Shown: positions 8,776 to 18,595, counted from the first letter of the stretch. The stretch: 64,000 nt of DNA from Clostridia bacterium (GCA_045545055.1 JAZQAB010000070.1:131-64130), one strand, 5' to 3'. The notes: generated by a model not told the origin, from the letters alone. Program-made: numbers and translations.

Positions 8776-10851
8776 TTATTTATACAGCAGTTCTCGCTTC
8801 ATCAGACACAGATCAAATACATCTAATCGGTTATCCTTACATAAATTGGCAGCCTGCCATTGTGATAGGTGTGTATCAGGTACAGCAAGAAGCCACTTCT
8901 GTAATAATACAATATCGGCTATATCCAATACGCCGTCACCGTTCACATCGCCTTTAACATAAGTATATGGTTTCCACAAATCGCCAAGCCAATTTTTACG
9001 TTGATTGATGTATTTTCGGACAATATCAACTGAATCCATAAATGTTGCACCACTTGATGAACCGAATACACAGTAAGATGCGCCGCCGTAGGTATGCCAC
9101 CGAGCATTGCTCATCTCTGCCGAGGACTGGATGCTCTCAGCCATTTGCGTGAGATATGGTTTCTCACTTTCGGTCAGTGATTGCAGGAAAGGATCAAATC
9201 GTTCAAAATATATCTCAGCCACACGCTTTACAAAATCTTCATTCTTGTAAAGCTGTCCGATCCAACTGATACCAACAGTCGGGCGCCCGCTGCCCGATGA
9301 GGATGTTTTACCGCCGTCCTCATATCCGTGTATGGGGAAATAGGCGGCAAACAGATTATCAGGCTTGTAGGAATATCCACTATTACCATCTGAATTGATA
9401 CGCTGAGTAGGGAAATTGTTATAGCTGAGGTCAAAATCCCAAGCAGGGCTGAAATGCAGCTTGCCGTCACCGGTGAGGTCAGAATCCTTCCAAAGAAAGA
9501 AGCTGGAATATGTTGCATCAATATTCTCGCTGATCTCCTGCACAAGATAGGCTATGATAAACGAATCCTCGTCAAGATACTCAGTATAGTGCTTTCCTTT
9601 GGCGTTATATCCAGTATCAGAGTATATCGCATCTTCCATATCCTGACCGAAGGAACGGATATACTCGACCTGTTCCTTTGAAGCATATTCTGGTCCGTCT
9701 ATTCCGATTGCCTGTCCTCTTGAGGTTACAAATCCACTCTGACACTTGTGTCCGTATCTGTTCCATTGCTGAAACTGCAAAAGATAACCGCCTGTTATAT
9801 CACCGGGATTATTAGGTATATCATAGTATTTATAGCTGTTTTCCTTATATTCGCCCGCGCTGTCAGCACCAACGACCTTTTGTGCATACCCATCGAGATC
9901 ACGGCTGTTCAACTTCTCCGTCACTTCTTCAAGATCACGGATATTGATACGATTTTTCTGTATCTGTACCCGTTCATAGAGCTGATAAGTGCCACGATAA
10001 GAACCGTCAGCATAAAGATCAACAAAAACAGAATCCATAACACATTCCATTCCTGCTGCCTTGCACATTTCTTCTGTCAGTTTATTCCTAAGCATAGAGT
10101 GATCGAGATAATTCGCCAATAAAGTCCATTTCTTCGCCTTTCCCATACCATAAAGGTTTTCTTTTTGTGGGAGTTTCAGATTATATGGCTTCTTCTTGCT
10201 GTAATCCCATGATGAATTACCGTGAGCAGTAAGTTTCTCATAAGCTCCGCTATACTCAGTGCTACCGTCAGCATTCAGCATGATAGTTGTTCCTGTTTCG
10301 GTAATATTGCGGTTTTCATCAAGTGCATCTGTTCCGCCGTGTGAAGTTGAGAGATAGATACAGCCGATATTGGACTGCATTATTTTCAGTTTACCGCAGT
10401 CTTTATCTCCGACTGTAATCTGAAAGGTATCATCATCACCGAGCAAAGAAGTCGTTTCTCCCGATTTAACAGGCTGCCCGTTGAGATATATCGTATCATC
10501 GGCAGAATATGTGATAACAAGACTATCACGGTCAGCCGTTACGGGAAGAAATATATAGCGGCAATCGTCCCATTCGCTGTACCACCAATCCGTATAATCA
10601 AGGTCTGTCACTATATTGGGAGACAGATTGCTCACTTCAAAAGAAGAAACAGGAATATCGCTGTAATATAATGCATCTGCCTCTGAAAGCCCGTAGCTTT
10701 CCCCTTTTGCCCCGTCAAGTTCTATCAGGTCTTTTGATCTGTCGTATGGTTTATAATCATCAGCATAAGCGATGAAACTGCTATGTGAAAGCAGTCCTAA
10801 AATCGAAACAACCAATCCTGATGCAAGAAAAAATGACTTTATACGCTTCAT
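8776..10851 (-). CDS. secreted CotH-family (kinase-like) protein with C-terminal dockerin
   Basis: Signal peptide. CotH-like core (KKKPYNLKL, KKWTLLANYLDHSMLRNKL). C-terminal GDVNGDGVLDIADIVLLQKWLL ... NLCKDNRLDVFDLCLMKREL dockerin. Confidence 0.78.
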   Translation of the reverse strand: MKRIKSFFLASGLVVSILGLLSHSSFIAYADDYKPYDRSKDLIELDGAKGESYGLSEADALYYSDIPVSSFEVSNLSPNIVTDLDYTDWWYSEWDDCRYIFLPVTADRDSLVITYSADDTIYLNGQPVKSGETTSLLGDDDTFQITVGDKDCGKLKIMQSNIGCIYLSTSHGGTDALDENRNITETGTTIMLNADGSTEYSGAYEKLTAHGNSSWDYSKKKPYNLKLPQKENLYGMGKAKKWTLLANYLDHSMLRNKLTEEMCKAAGMECVMDSVFVDLYADGSYRGTYQLYERVQIQKNRINIRDLEEVTEKLNSRDLDGYAQKVVGADSAGEYKENSYKYYDIPNNPGDITGGYLLQFQQWNRYGHKCQSGFVTSRGQAIGIDGPEYASKEQVEYIRSFGQDMEDAIYSDTGYNAKGKHYTEYLDEDSFIIAYLVQEISENIDATYSSFFLWKDSDLTGDGKLHFSPAWDFDLSYNNFPTQRINSDGNSGYSYKPDNLFAAYFPIHGYEDGGKTSSSGSGRPTVGISWIGQLYKNEDFVKRVAEIYFERFDPFLQSLTESEKPYLTQMAESIQSSAEMSNARWHTYGGASYCVFGSSSGATFMDSVDIVRKYINQRKNWLGDLWKPYTYVKGDVNGDGVLDIADIVLLQKWLLAVPDTHLSQWQAANLCKDNRLDVFDLCLMKRELLYK

Positions 10852-11006
10852 TGTATCCCTCCGTCCTACTTTTATTATACTTTCTCTTGAATATTAAATC
10901 AATAGATTTTATATATCTTCCTATATTTGGAATATGTCAAACTACTTCTATATATTAGACGCATAATTTCTAACAAAACACTAAGTTGTCAACTGATTCG
11001 TATTGA

Positions 11007-11518
11007 TTAGTGTTTATATATTCCAACAATGACTTGACGCTGTGTCCCATCATCGGTGCAGGATATGACCGTAATCCTATTGTCTCCGAAGCCGTTCAGT
11101 ACCCATGTATCATTAGGCTCAACGGTTCTATACTCAGTAACAATATACAGATAACGTGTGCGATTATCATCTGTATCAACGAGATACATCTCATCGCCGA
11201 TCTGAATCTGGTCAAGGTCATTGAATATCTCAGCATATATCGTGCTGTATGTCCTGCAATACAATAGTTGCCCTTGCCGAGTGCGCCTGTTCCCTCAAAA
11301 TGTCCTGCTGATACTTGCAGAGCCTTTGCGTCCGTCCCCTCAAGCACAGGCACGTTGATATTCAAGCGAGGGATCTCGAAGTTTATGTTGCTGTTGAGCA
11401 GTTTACGAAGATATAGCTCTCTGTTGATCCTTTTGTATCCATAGAATGAAAGAATACCGATACCGCATACAATCATGAGAATGCCTATAATCCGAATTAT
11501 CTTTTGCTTCTTTTTCAT
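11007..11518 (-). pseudogene. small sortase, frameshifted (1-nt deletion near 11248)
   Basis: Two overlapping ORFs (11096..11518 and 11007..11264) together align with the intact paralog at 45224..45736. The paralog reads GGACATAACAGCACA where this copy reads GGACATACAGCACG, just after the catalytic His codon. Confidence 0.8.
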
Positions 11519-11572
11519 ATTTCTCCCGATATGAGTGAGAGCGTCACCCGATGAGCGACGCTCCCTTATTAT

Positions 11573-12589
11573 TTATTTGTCTTTCTTTTTGCTCTTAGCA
11601 ATCAATGCTGTACCTGTTACTGTCATAAGAGCTGCAAGTCCTGTAATCGCTTTGTGTATGTTGGAATAGCCTGTCTGCGGAAGGATTGAGTCATCGCTCT
11701 TATCAGGCGTTTCGCCAGTGCCTTCCATTACTAAAATCGTAATTTCATCAGCATCAATGCTCTTTTCGCTGATAAAATTCTTGAACATATCTTCCTGTTC
11801 AGGGTGAACATAGTAGTAAGATAAGATTACCTTGCCGGACGGCTCATCAGCACCCACGATTACATCAGCCAACTGTTTTTCTTTGATGAAGTCATTCAGC
11901 ATGGCAATGATAGTCTCATGATCGGTAATTAAGCTGTTTTCCTCCTTATCGGGAACTTCGGCAGCACCTTCCATTACTAAAATCGTAATTTCATCGGAAT
12001 CAATGTTCTTTTCGCTGATAAAGCTCTTGAATATATCTTCCTGTTCAGGGTGAACATAGTAGTAAGATAAGATTACCTTGCCGGACGGCTCATCATCACC
12101 CACGATCACATTAGCCAACTGATTTTCCTTGATGAAGTCATTCAGCATGGCGATGATAGTTTCATGATCGGTGATTAATTCAGTGTTTTCTTCATGGATT
12201 AGAATGAAGAAAACCAAATCAAGATTGATTCCATTATCAGAACAGTATGCTTTAGCTGCGTCTATGTCCTGCTGCTTTTCGCTTCCGAAGATAACAAGTT
12301 TCTCTCTTTTAGCAACATAAATGGTATCTGCATCCAGAATGTTATTTCGCAGGGCTTCACAGATTGCTTCAAGTTCTTCGTTGATAATATCTGTCGGCGC
12401 TGCGATTACATTTGGGATATTTGTATCCGTTTCGACACTTATTCCGTCAGGAATATACGCATCTGTAGTTCTAACTTCCTCGGATACATTATCTGCATCG
12501 GGTGAATATGCGGCCTCTGCAAATGCTGTGATTTGAGCCGGTGCTGCCAGCAAGAGCAAAGAGGCAATAAATGCGATAGTTTTCTTCAT
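11573..12589 (-). CDS. LPQTG cell-wall-anchored surface protein with internal 82-aa tandem duplication
   Basis: Signal peptide. C-terminal LPQTG, hydrophobic segment and KSKKKDK tail. A 246-bp direct repeat has copies offset 11891 vs 12137. Confidence 0.8.
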   Translation of the reverse strand: MKKTIAFIASLLLLAAPAQITAFAEAAYSPDADNVSEEVRTTDAYIPDGISVETDTNIPNVIAAPTDIINEELEAICEALRNNILDADTIYVAKREKLVIFGSEKQQDIDAAKAYCSDNGINLDLVFFILIHEENTELITDHETIIAMLNDFIKENQLANVIVGDDEPSGKVILSYYYVHPEQEDIFKSFISEKNIDSDEITILVMEGAAEVPDKEENSLITDHETIIAMLNDFIKEKQLADVIVGADEPSGKVILSYYYVHPEQEDMFKNFISEKSIDADEITILVMEGTGETPDKSDDSILPQTGYSNIHKAITGLAALMTVTGTALIAKSKKKDK

Positions 12590-12743
12590 AAGATCACCTT
12601 ACCTTTAATTATTTGGATTTATAATTACAGCCAACAAAGCTGAAATCGTTGAAATCATATCATTTTTCAGAATTATGTTGATATTTACAAACGTTTTTAA
12701 CTAATATATCATCTTGTTGGTCATGATACAGAACGTAAAACGC

Positions 12744-13901
12744 TCATTCTTCATAAATGACTTCTTCCGGATTGAAAATTTGTGGCGTAGTATCTCGTTC
12801 AATATTGTCAATTCCGAGCCTGTCAGCTATTTCTCTTGCTTTATCTTCACCGATATAGAATGTGTATGCCCATTCCATAATATTGGTCTTGATATAGCCG
12901 TCTTCAGTAACGGCAAACGATTTGTTACTGATGCCCAACATATCAACGTTTGTTGAAATACTGAACAATTTTCTATGAGTGTCGCTATCAAATCTGTTCT
13001 CGCAGTCCCGATACTTATTCAGAAGCTCTACAATAATAGCTCTATCATAATCTGTAACAAAAGTCCTGTCATCTTCAAGAGACAATGTGCCGAACGCAAT
13101 AGTGTTGTTCAAATCAAGAGCATCTACCAACTCGCCAAGCGTTGCAGGAGAATAGCATCTGTTGGTGTAGACATAGTAGCTGTCATATCCGTTGAATTTC
13201 ACAGCAACGGCACAATTAGTTGAAATACCATTGATGCTGAACACTTCTGCGTTAATGATATGGATTTTATCCTCATAAACATCCTGACCTTCCATTGTGA
13301 CAGTACCGAGGATACCACCGATATGATTGCCTTCGATACTATGTTCCCTTGTGCTGTATGCGATGCCATTAAGGTCAAATTCCATGAATTGAGTGGGAAG
13401 TGTTCTCTCGTCCCATTTTGGAATAGTTACTGCTTCAGTTCTACTTTCCGCCGTTTGCTGTTCTGAGGGTGCTGTATTGCTAATTGTCGGTTCTATGCCT
13501 GTTGTCTCTGCATTATCGTTCTCTGCCGGTGTAAGAGTCGTTTTTTCAGTTGAGTGAGTGCTGTTTTCAAGTTTCTCAGCAGATGTGCTTTCTTTTACGG
13601 CGTTTTCAGTGGATTCTGTCGGGTGCTCTGTACCAGTGCTATCGTTTGTGCTATTTTCTGTATCTGAGGTAGTTGTCGGAGTTTCAGTATTGATTATAGT
13701 ATTATTATCGATTGTAGGAATTCCGCCCTGAGACAATTTCAAATTTCTGACTGCAAGTATGACAGTGCAAAATACGAGCATAGATGAAGCACCTGCCGTT
13801 ACTCTTTTGATGTTGCGATTGCGAAGCATGAGCTTTTTCTGCTCTTCATCCCGTATTCTTAGTACGGTTGCAGCAATCTGCTCAGTATTCTTCATAAACA
13901 A
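12744..13901 (-). CDS. single-pass membrane protein, putative anti-sigma factor
   Basis: The start overlaps the sigma gene stop by 20 nt. Short cytoplasmic N-terminus, one TM (GASSMLVFCTVILAV), Thr/Glu-rich linker and a roughly 230-aa extracytoplasmic domain. Confidence 0.55.
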   Translation of the reverse strand: MFMKNTEQIAATVLRIRDEEQKKLMLRNRNIKRVTAGASSMLVFCTVILAVRNLKLSQGGIPTIDNNTIINTETPTTTSDTENSTNDSTGTEHPTESTENAVKESTSAEKLENSTHSTEKTTLTPAENDNAETTGIEPTISNTAPSEQQTAESRTEAVTIPKWDERTLPTQFMEFDLNGIAYSTREHSIEGNHIGGILGTVTMEGQDVYEDKIHIINAEVFSINGISTNCAVAVKFNGYDSYYVYTNRCYSPATLGELVDALDLNNTIAFGTLSLEDDRTFVTDYDRAIIVELLNKYRDCENRFDSDTHRKLFSISTNVDMLGISNKSFAVTEDGYIKTNIMEWAYTFYIGEDKAREIADRLGIDNIERDTTPQIFNPEEVIYEE

Positions 13902-14436
13902 AGCCCTCCTTTTCGAGTTCTGATTTTAACGTCTTTTTGGCTCGGTATAATAAGTCACCGATCTGTCTTTTTGACTTCTTCATAATCCTGGCAATTTCAG
14001 CAGTGTTAAAATCTTCAAAATACATCAAGTACAATACTTGTGCATATTCAGGTTTCAACCGTCTCATAGCTAGGTGCAGCTCAATTTTCTGTTCTTCTTT
14101 CAGATATTGTCGTTCAATGTCTTCCTCATCCGACATCTGAAAGGCTTCATCAATCGGAAAGTCAGCCATTTTTGAGCTTTTACGCAAGTAATCCAGCGCA
14201 CAATGCTTTGCAATGCTGTACAGCCATGTCTTAAAATAGATCTTACCGTTGAATCTGGGTTTCTTTACAGCTAATCTTACAAAAGTCTCCTGCATCAGTT
14301 CTTCGGCAACACATATATTATCAACAATACTGTTCAGGTACAAAGTCAGACCCTCATGGTATATATCAATGATCTCTATTATTCCATTGTCATCACCATC
14401 AAGGTAACGGCGGTAGCGATCCGCATCGTTCCCCAT
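13882..14436 (-). CDS. ECF-like sigma-70 family RNA polymerase sigma factor
   Basis: 184 aa. Region 2-like segment FKTWLYSIAKHCALDYLRK and region 4 HTH (FEDFNTAEIARIMKKSKRQIGDLLYRAKKTL). Confidence 0.85.
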   Translation of the reverse strand: MGNDADRYRRYLDGDDNGIIEIIDIYHEGLTLYLNSIVDNICVAEELMQETFVRLAVKKPRFNGKIYFKTWLYSIAKHCALDYLRKSSKMADFPIDEAFQMSDEEDIERQYLKEEQKIELHLAMRRLKPEYAQVLYLMYFEDFNTAEIARIMKKSKRQIGDLLYRAKKTLKSELEKEGFVYEEY

Positions 14437-14481
14437 TTGATTTCCTCCTTCTTGTGATGTGGCATATATGCTTTTTATATA

Positions 14482-14512
14482 TTAATCGCACGAACTCCTG
14501 ATTTTTCGCAGT
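14482..14512 (-). promoter_or_regulatory. candidate ECF-type promoter (ACTGCGA-N17-CGATTAA on the minus strand)
   Basis: The same bipartite motif occurs twice in the 42.7-42.9 kb divergent region of the paralogous module. Confidence 0.4.
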
Positions 14513-14699
14513 GATTTTCAAAAAATTTTCGATTTATGATAATTTACTTTATTATAGACGATTATAAGCCAAAAAGCAATAAAGGAGATGCTTCTACTAT
14601 GAAACATCTCCTTTTATACTGATATGTTATTATCGAATTTGATTCTGCTTGTTGCTTGGGGTTACTTAATGGTTATTTGACATTAGTGAAAGGTATCCT

Positions 14700-14984
14700 C
14701 TGTTGATTGGCTCTGCAAGTTGCGGAAATAAGCGACTTCATAACATTCAGGAGGTTGCAGAGTTTATCTGTGAACACGGTCGATATAATGATGTCTGTAT
14801 CAGAACGGAGGATGGTTTTGAGCTTCTGGGAACCTTTGGAATCTATATCAATAAAATCTCGGATATGGAGTACCGTGAGGAACTTCTCAAGGTGCTGATT
14901 CCGATGCAGCATGAAGTAGAAAATGCTGCGTTCTCAAATGATGAGGACATGGACGAAACCGAAGATGTGGATATGACGATGTAA
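14700..14984 (+). pseudogene. 5'-truncated duplicate of the 3' half of gene 6228..6746
   Basis: It aligns with 6489-6746 at the nucleotide and protein level (GNKRLHNIQEVAEFICEHG ... FGIYINKISDMEYREELLKVLIPMQHEVENAAFS ... DVDMTM). It lacks the N-terminal DUF4314-like half and any RBS. Confidence 0.7.
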
Positions 14985-15083
14985 GACGATTGAGGTTGCA
15001 GATTTCTTTTTGAGATCTGCGACCTCATTTCTATTGAAAAATGCGGTGGGATGTGGTATAATATAGGAGGTTGGACAGACCGA
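14964..15083 (+). repeat. A-type junction element copy 1 (gene 3' end, hairpin, promoter, conserved leader)
   Basis: About 93 percent identical by eye to 17401-17518. Hairpin GAGGTTGCAGAT/ATCTGCGACCTC. TTGAAA (15034-15039), N17, TGgTATAAT (15057-15062). Leader ATAGGAGGTTGGACAGACCG. Confidence 0.8.
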
Positions 15084-15109
15084 AAAATAAGAATTAAGGA
15101 GATAATATA

Positions 15110-16069
15110 ATGACTGATTCAAAGAAGAAAGTAATAAAGAAGAAAGTAAAAAAGATACTGCTGATATTTCTTGTTATAGTGACTGTATTCTTATTGTTCA
15201 CCTTTGTACGACACAGAATTATGCTTAAACAGGAGGAAGATTTAGTAAAACCTGTTGGGCAGATGGTCGATATGGACGGTCATAAAATGTGCGTATATAC
15301 CGAGGGTGAAGGCGATAAAACGCTAGTGTTCATGGCAGGTCACGGAACAATCACCCCGATACTTGATTTCAAAAGCATATATCCTCAGCTGACCGATAAA
15401 TACCGTATAGTGGTAGTAGAGAAATTCGGTTACGGATACAGTGAACACGTTAATAAACCGCACGATGTTGATTCGATTCTTGCGGATACGAGAACTGCGC
15501 TTGCGGGTGCGGGTTTGGAAGGACCTTATGTGCTTTGCCCACATTCCTACTCGGGATTAGAGGCATTGTATTGGGCGCAGACCTATCCTGACGAGGTAGA
15601 GGCTATCATCGGGTTGGATATGGCGCTTCCCGAATACTACAATTACACAACTGACGGTACACTTGCTGTGCCGTATTTCAGACTGTTACACGGATTGCTT
15701 GACTTAGGTATAGGCAGATACTTGCCCGATAGTACCTTTCTGCCCTCGGGCGATTTTCTCACGGAGGAAGAACGCAGAACGTGGATAGCGCTTGGCAACC
15801 GCAATTACGCCAACATATCCACCGCAAGAGAAGCCAATATGGCTAAGGATAATGCGGCAGTGGTAGCTTCGGGGGACAAGCCCGATGTCCCGATGCTTAT
15901 GTTTGTAGCCACAGGCATGGGAGATAAGTGGATGGAGGTCAGTTACCGTTTCGCCGAGAATATGCCAAATATAAAGACGATTGAGCTTGATTGTGACCAT
16001 TACATCTTTCACTATGAAGCCGATAAGATGACGGAGGAGATCGGTTTGTTCCTTGATGATCTCGAATAA
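15110..16069 (+). CDS. membrane-anchored alpha/beta hydrolase
   Basis: N-terminal TM. Hydrolase-fold landmarks: LVFMAGHG oxyanion region, nucleophile elbow variant HSYSG, C-terminal DCDHY His. Confidence 0.75.
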   Translation: MTDSKKKVIKKKVKKILLIFLVIVTVFLLFTFVRHRIMLKQEEDLVKPVGQMVDMDGHKMCVYTEGEGDKTLVFMAGHGTITPILDFKSIYPQLTDKYRIVVVEKFGYGYSEHVNKPHDVDSILADTRTALAGAGLEGPYVLCPHSYSGLEALYWAQTYPDEVEAIIGLDMALPEYYNYTTDGTLAVPYFRLLHGLLDLGIGRYLPDSTFLPSGDFLTEEERRTWIALGNRNYANISTAREANMAKDNAAVVASGDKPDVPMLMFVATGMGDKWMEVSYRFAENMPNIKTIELDCDHYIFHYEADKMTEEIGLFLDDLE

Positions 16070-16190
16070 GTACACACTCATATATACATATCACCACGGC
16101 AAGGAGAAACGCTCTCCCTGCCGTTATTTTTATATGACATACACAACGCAATGACAAGACCTATCAGTACCAAAGAAAAAGAAGTAACCA

Positions 16191-16282
16191 AATCCCAATA
16201 TATCGAACTGAATATTATTACATAGCCGTTTGTGACTAACAATCACAGACGGCTTTTTTCATATCCAAAAACGAGAAAGGAG
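16191..16282 (+). repeat. B-type junction element copy 1 (conserved box, terminator hairpin, RBS)
   Basis: AATCCCAATATATCGAACTGAATATTATTACAT, then hairpin AGCCGTTTGTGA/TCACAGACGGCT (16224-16254), T-run, then GAAAGGAG 8 nt before the ATG at 16291. Confidence 0.8.
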
Positions 16283-16290
16283 TTGGTCAG

Positions 16291-17412
16291 ATGATCCGAG
16301 TATTCGACGCTTTTTCGGGTATCGGAGGTTTCCGCAGTGCCTTTGAAAGAGTGGTCGGTTTCAAAACGGTGGGCTGGTGTGAGATTGACCGATTCGCACA
16401 GAAATCCTACCGAGCACTTTTCGACACGGGAGGTGAACAATTTTATGAGAATATCAGAGATATTGACACAGCAGGACTTGCAGATTTTGATCTCCTCGTT
16501 GGAGGTTTTCCTTGTCAGCCATTCTCGGTCGCAGGAAAAAGGCTTGGCACAGCCGATGAACGAGGCGATTTGTTCTTTGAGCTTGCCCGAATCCTTGAAG
16601 CCAAGCGGCCTCGCTATTTTATCTTTGAGAACGTACCCGGACTGCTGGGTATTGAAAAAGGGCAGACTTTCAAAGTCATCCTTGAAACGCTTTCAGAGCT
16701 GGGGTATTGCGTGGAATGGCTTGTGCATGACAGCGCCGGCTTCGGCGTCCCGCAGTCGAGAAAACGAGTGTACCTTGCAGGATGTCTTGGAGTCGATTGT
16801 TCCGGAAAAATACTGGCTTTCGGAAACAGCGACGAGGAAAATAGCCGGAAAGTTAAACAGCTGATCGGCGGTTCACAGGGACAACGAGTGTATGCTCCTG
16901 ACGGATTTGCAGTTACACAATGCAGCGGTTCAGGCGGTATGGGTGGAAAGACGGGATTGTATCTGATAGATATGAATTATCCGCCTACTCTCACGGAAAA
17001 AGCCCGATGTATTACGGCACGTCAGGACAGTGGCGTGAGTAAGCATAAGGGTGAGCATTCAGGAGTACTTGTTGAGGATGGACCGAGAGCCATCCTCAAT
17101 CCATTTAAGGAAGAAGTCTATCAGAACGGCAGGCGTGTGAAAGAACCCAATGAGCCGATGTTTACGCTGACAGTTGTAGACAGGCACGGCATCGTCCATC
17201 AGGGCAGAATCCGCAGACTCATGCCAATTGAGTGCTGGCGACTGCAGGGCTTTACAACTGAGCAGTTCCGTAAGGTAGAAGCCGCAGGACTTTCCGACGC
17301 ACAGCTATACAAGCAGGCTGGCAATGCCGTCACGGTGAATGTGGTCGAGGCACTTGCAAGGAATCTTTTGAAATTTGATGAGGGAATGGATAAACGGGAA
17401 ATGTGGATATGA
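16291..17412 (+). CDS. dcm: DNA (cytosine-5)-methyltransferase (orphan)
   Basis: Motifs FSGIGGF (I), GGFPCQPFS (IV), ENVPGL (VI), QSRKRVY (VIII) and GNAVTVNV (X). No adjacent endonuclease was recognised. Confidence 0.92.
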   Translation: MIRVFDAFSGIGGFRSAFERVVGFKTVGWCEIDRFAQKSYRALFDTGGEQFYENIRDIDTAGLADFDLLVGGFPCQPFSVAGKRLGTADERGDLFFELARILEAKRPRYFIFENVPGLLGIEKGQTFKVILETLSELGYCVEWLVHDSAGFGVPQSRKRVYLAGCLGVDCSGKILAFGNSDEENSRKVKQLIGGSQGQRVYAPDGFAVTQCSGSGGMGGKTGLYLIDMNYPPTLTEKARCITARQDSGVSKHKGEHSGVLVEDGPRAILNPFKEEVYQNGRRVKEPNEPMFTLTVVDRHGIVHQGRIRRLMPIECWRLQGFTTEQFRKVEAAGLSDAQLYKQAGNAVTVNVVEALARNLLKFDEGMDKREMWI

Positions 17413-17518
17413 CGATGTAAGAAAAAGAGGTTGCAGGTATCTTTTGAGATCTGCGACCTCTAATCTATTGAAAAATGCGGTGGGATGTGGTATAATATAG
17501 GAGGTTGGACAGACCGAT
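17401..17518 (+). repeat. A-type junction element copy 2
   Basis: It starts with ATGTGGATATGACGATGTAA, the 3' end of the DUF4314-like gene read in another frame, so dcm terminates inside the repeat. TTGAAA 17468-17473, TATAAT 17491-17496. Confidence 0.8.
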
Positions 17519-17582
17519 AAGAACTTTTAAAGCAGCCTGAAAAATATATTCAGAATGATTAAGTTAACAAAAGGAGAATATT

Positions 17583-18074
17583 ATGAATATTCCAATCAAT
17601 AGCTTAACAAATAAGATAAAAAAGCTTGTAGACTTATGTCAGAAAAACGAATCAGATTACGGTGAAGATTCTTCGTGGTTTAAAGAACCGACACCGAATG
17701 AAATCATTACAAAATGGGAAGATGAACACAATATTTTGATTCCTGAAACATACAAGGAATGGTTATGTTTCACAAATGAAGCACAAATAAGGAATACATT
17801 GGCACATTTTTATGGTCCAGATAAATTTGTTACGAACTCTATGGGTTTATCAGAAGATTTTGTTGTAATTGCAGATTTATCAGGAGATGGTGAGCAGTTA
17901 TGCTTTTCTAAGACAAACGGAAACTTTATTTGGATAGACCATGGCGAGATTGAAACAATATCCGATTTTAGCGATGTTTTAGATGAAATAATTAGAACGC
18001 TTAAGCCCGAAAGCTGTTTATCGCCCAAAATGGAAGAGCTATTAATTAAAATGGCTGAAAAATACAATAAGTAA
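17583..18074 (+). CDS. SMI1/KNR4 (SUKH-1) family protein, immunity-protein-like
   Basis: The pattern WEDEHNILIPETYKEWLCFTNEAQI ... VVIADLSGDGEQLCF resembles SUKH domains. Low-GC single-gene cassette. Confidence 0.55.
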   Translation: MNIPINSLTNKIKKLVDLCQKNESDYGEDSSWFKEPTPNEIITKWEDEHNILIPETYKEWLCFTNEAQIRNTLAHFYGPDKFVTNSMGLSEDFVVIADLSGDGEQLCFSKTNGNFIWIDHGEIETISDFSDVLDEIIRTLKPESCLSPKMEELLIKMAEKYNK

Positions 18075-18159
18075 ATAATGCTTTTGTTGTCGGTAAATTG
18101 TTTGTCAATGTCTTCAACAAAACACTATTTATGGATCAATAATTTTGACTAAATCGCCA

Positions 18160-18255
18160 AATTCCAATATATCGAACTGAATATGATTACATAGCCGTTT
18201 GTGACTAACAATCACAGACGGCTTTTTCTATGCCCAAAACAGAAAAAGAGGAGGT
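18160..18255 (+). repeat. B-type junction element copy 2
   Basis: AATTCCAATATATCGAACTGAATATGATTACAT, hairpin 18193-18223, T-run, then GAGGAGG RBS. Confidence 0.8.
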
Positions 18256-18264
18256 GACACCCGT

Positions 18265-18417
18265 ATGATGCATCTTTTCGTAGGAATGCTCCTCGGCATC
18301 CTTGTAGGACTTGCCGTAGGCAGTGCCTGTGCGTCCCTTGCATGGGCAAAGGCAGAAATCCGCAGACTCAAGCGTGAGCTTAGAAAGGAATATGGCTATG
18401 CAGACGAGCAGAAGTAA
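18265..18417 (+). CDS. 50-aa single-TM protein (below the ORF-track cutoff)
   Basis: GAGGAGG RBS 7 nt upstream. MMHLFVGMLLGILVGLAVGSACASLAWAKAEIRRLKRELRKEYGYADEQK, translated by hand. Confidence 0.45.
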   Translation: MMHLFVGMLLGILVGLAVGSACASLAWAKAEIRRLKRELRKEYGYADEQK

Positions 18418-18595
18418 GACGAAACCCCACTACACCTTCACCGACAGCAGCATTCCCGTGATGCTCCGCAGCACAAAGGCTCTGCTTTCCCATAAGCAGT
18501 ACAAGAACCTGTGCATTGCGGTCAACGAAGCCGAAGGCTATCACGAGAAGAAGAAAGTCATCTTCCGCTGCATCGAACCCGTCATCCGTAAATAA
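18392..18595 (+). CDS. small basic hypothetical protein
   Basis: Internal ATG of track ORF 18323..18595, after AGGAA. It overlaps the end of the previous small ORF. Confidence 0.4.
   Translation: MAMQTSRSKTKPHYTFTDSSIPVMLRSTKALLSHKQYKNLCIAVNEAEGYHEKKKVIFRCIEPVIRK

Noticed and set aside
8433-8826. ORFs 8443..8826 (+) and 8433..8699 (-) in the convergent intergenic region.
   Set aside because: No RBS. They overlap two hairpin terminators and the 3' end of the CotH gene. Their composition is atypical.
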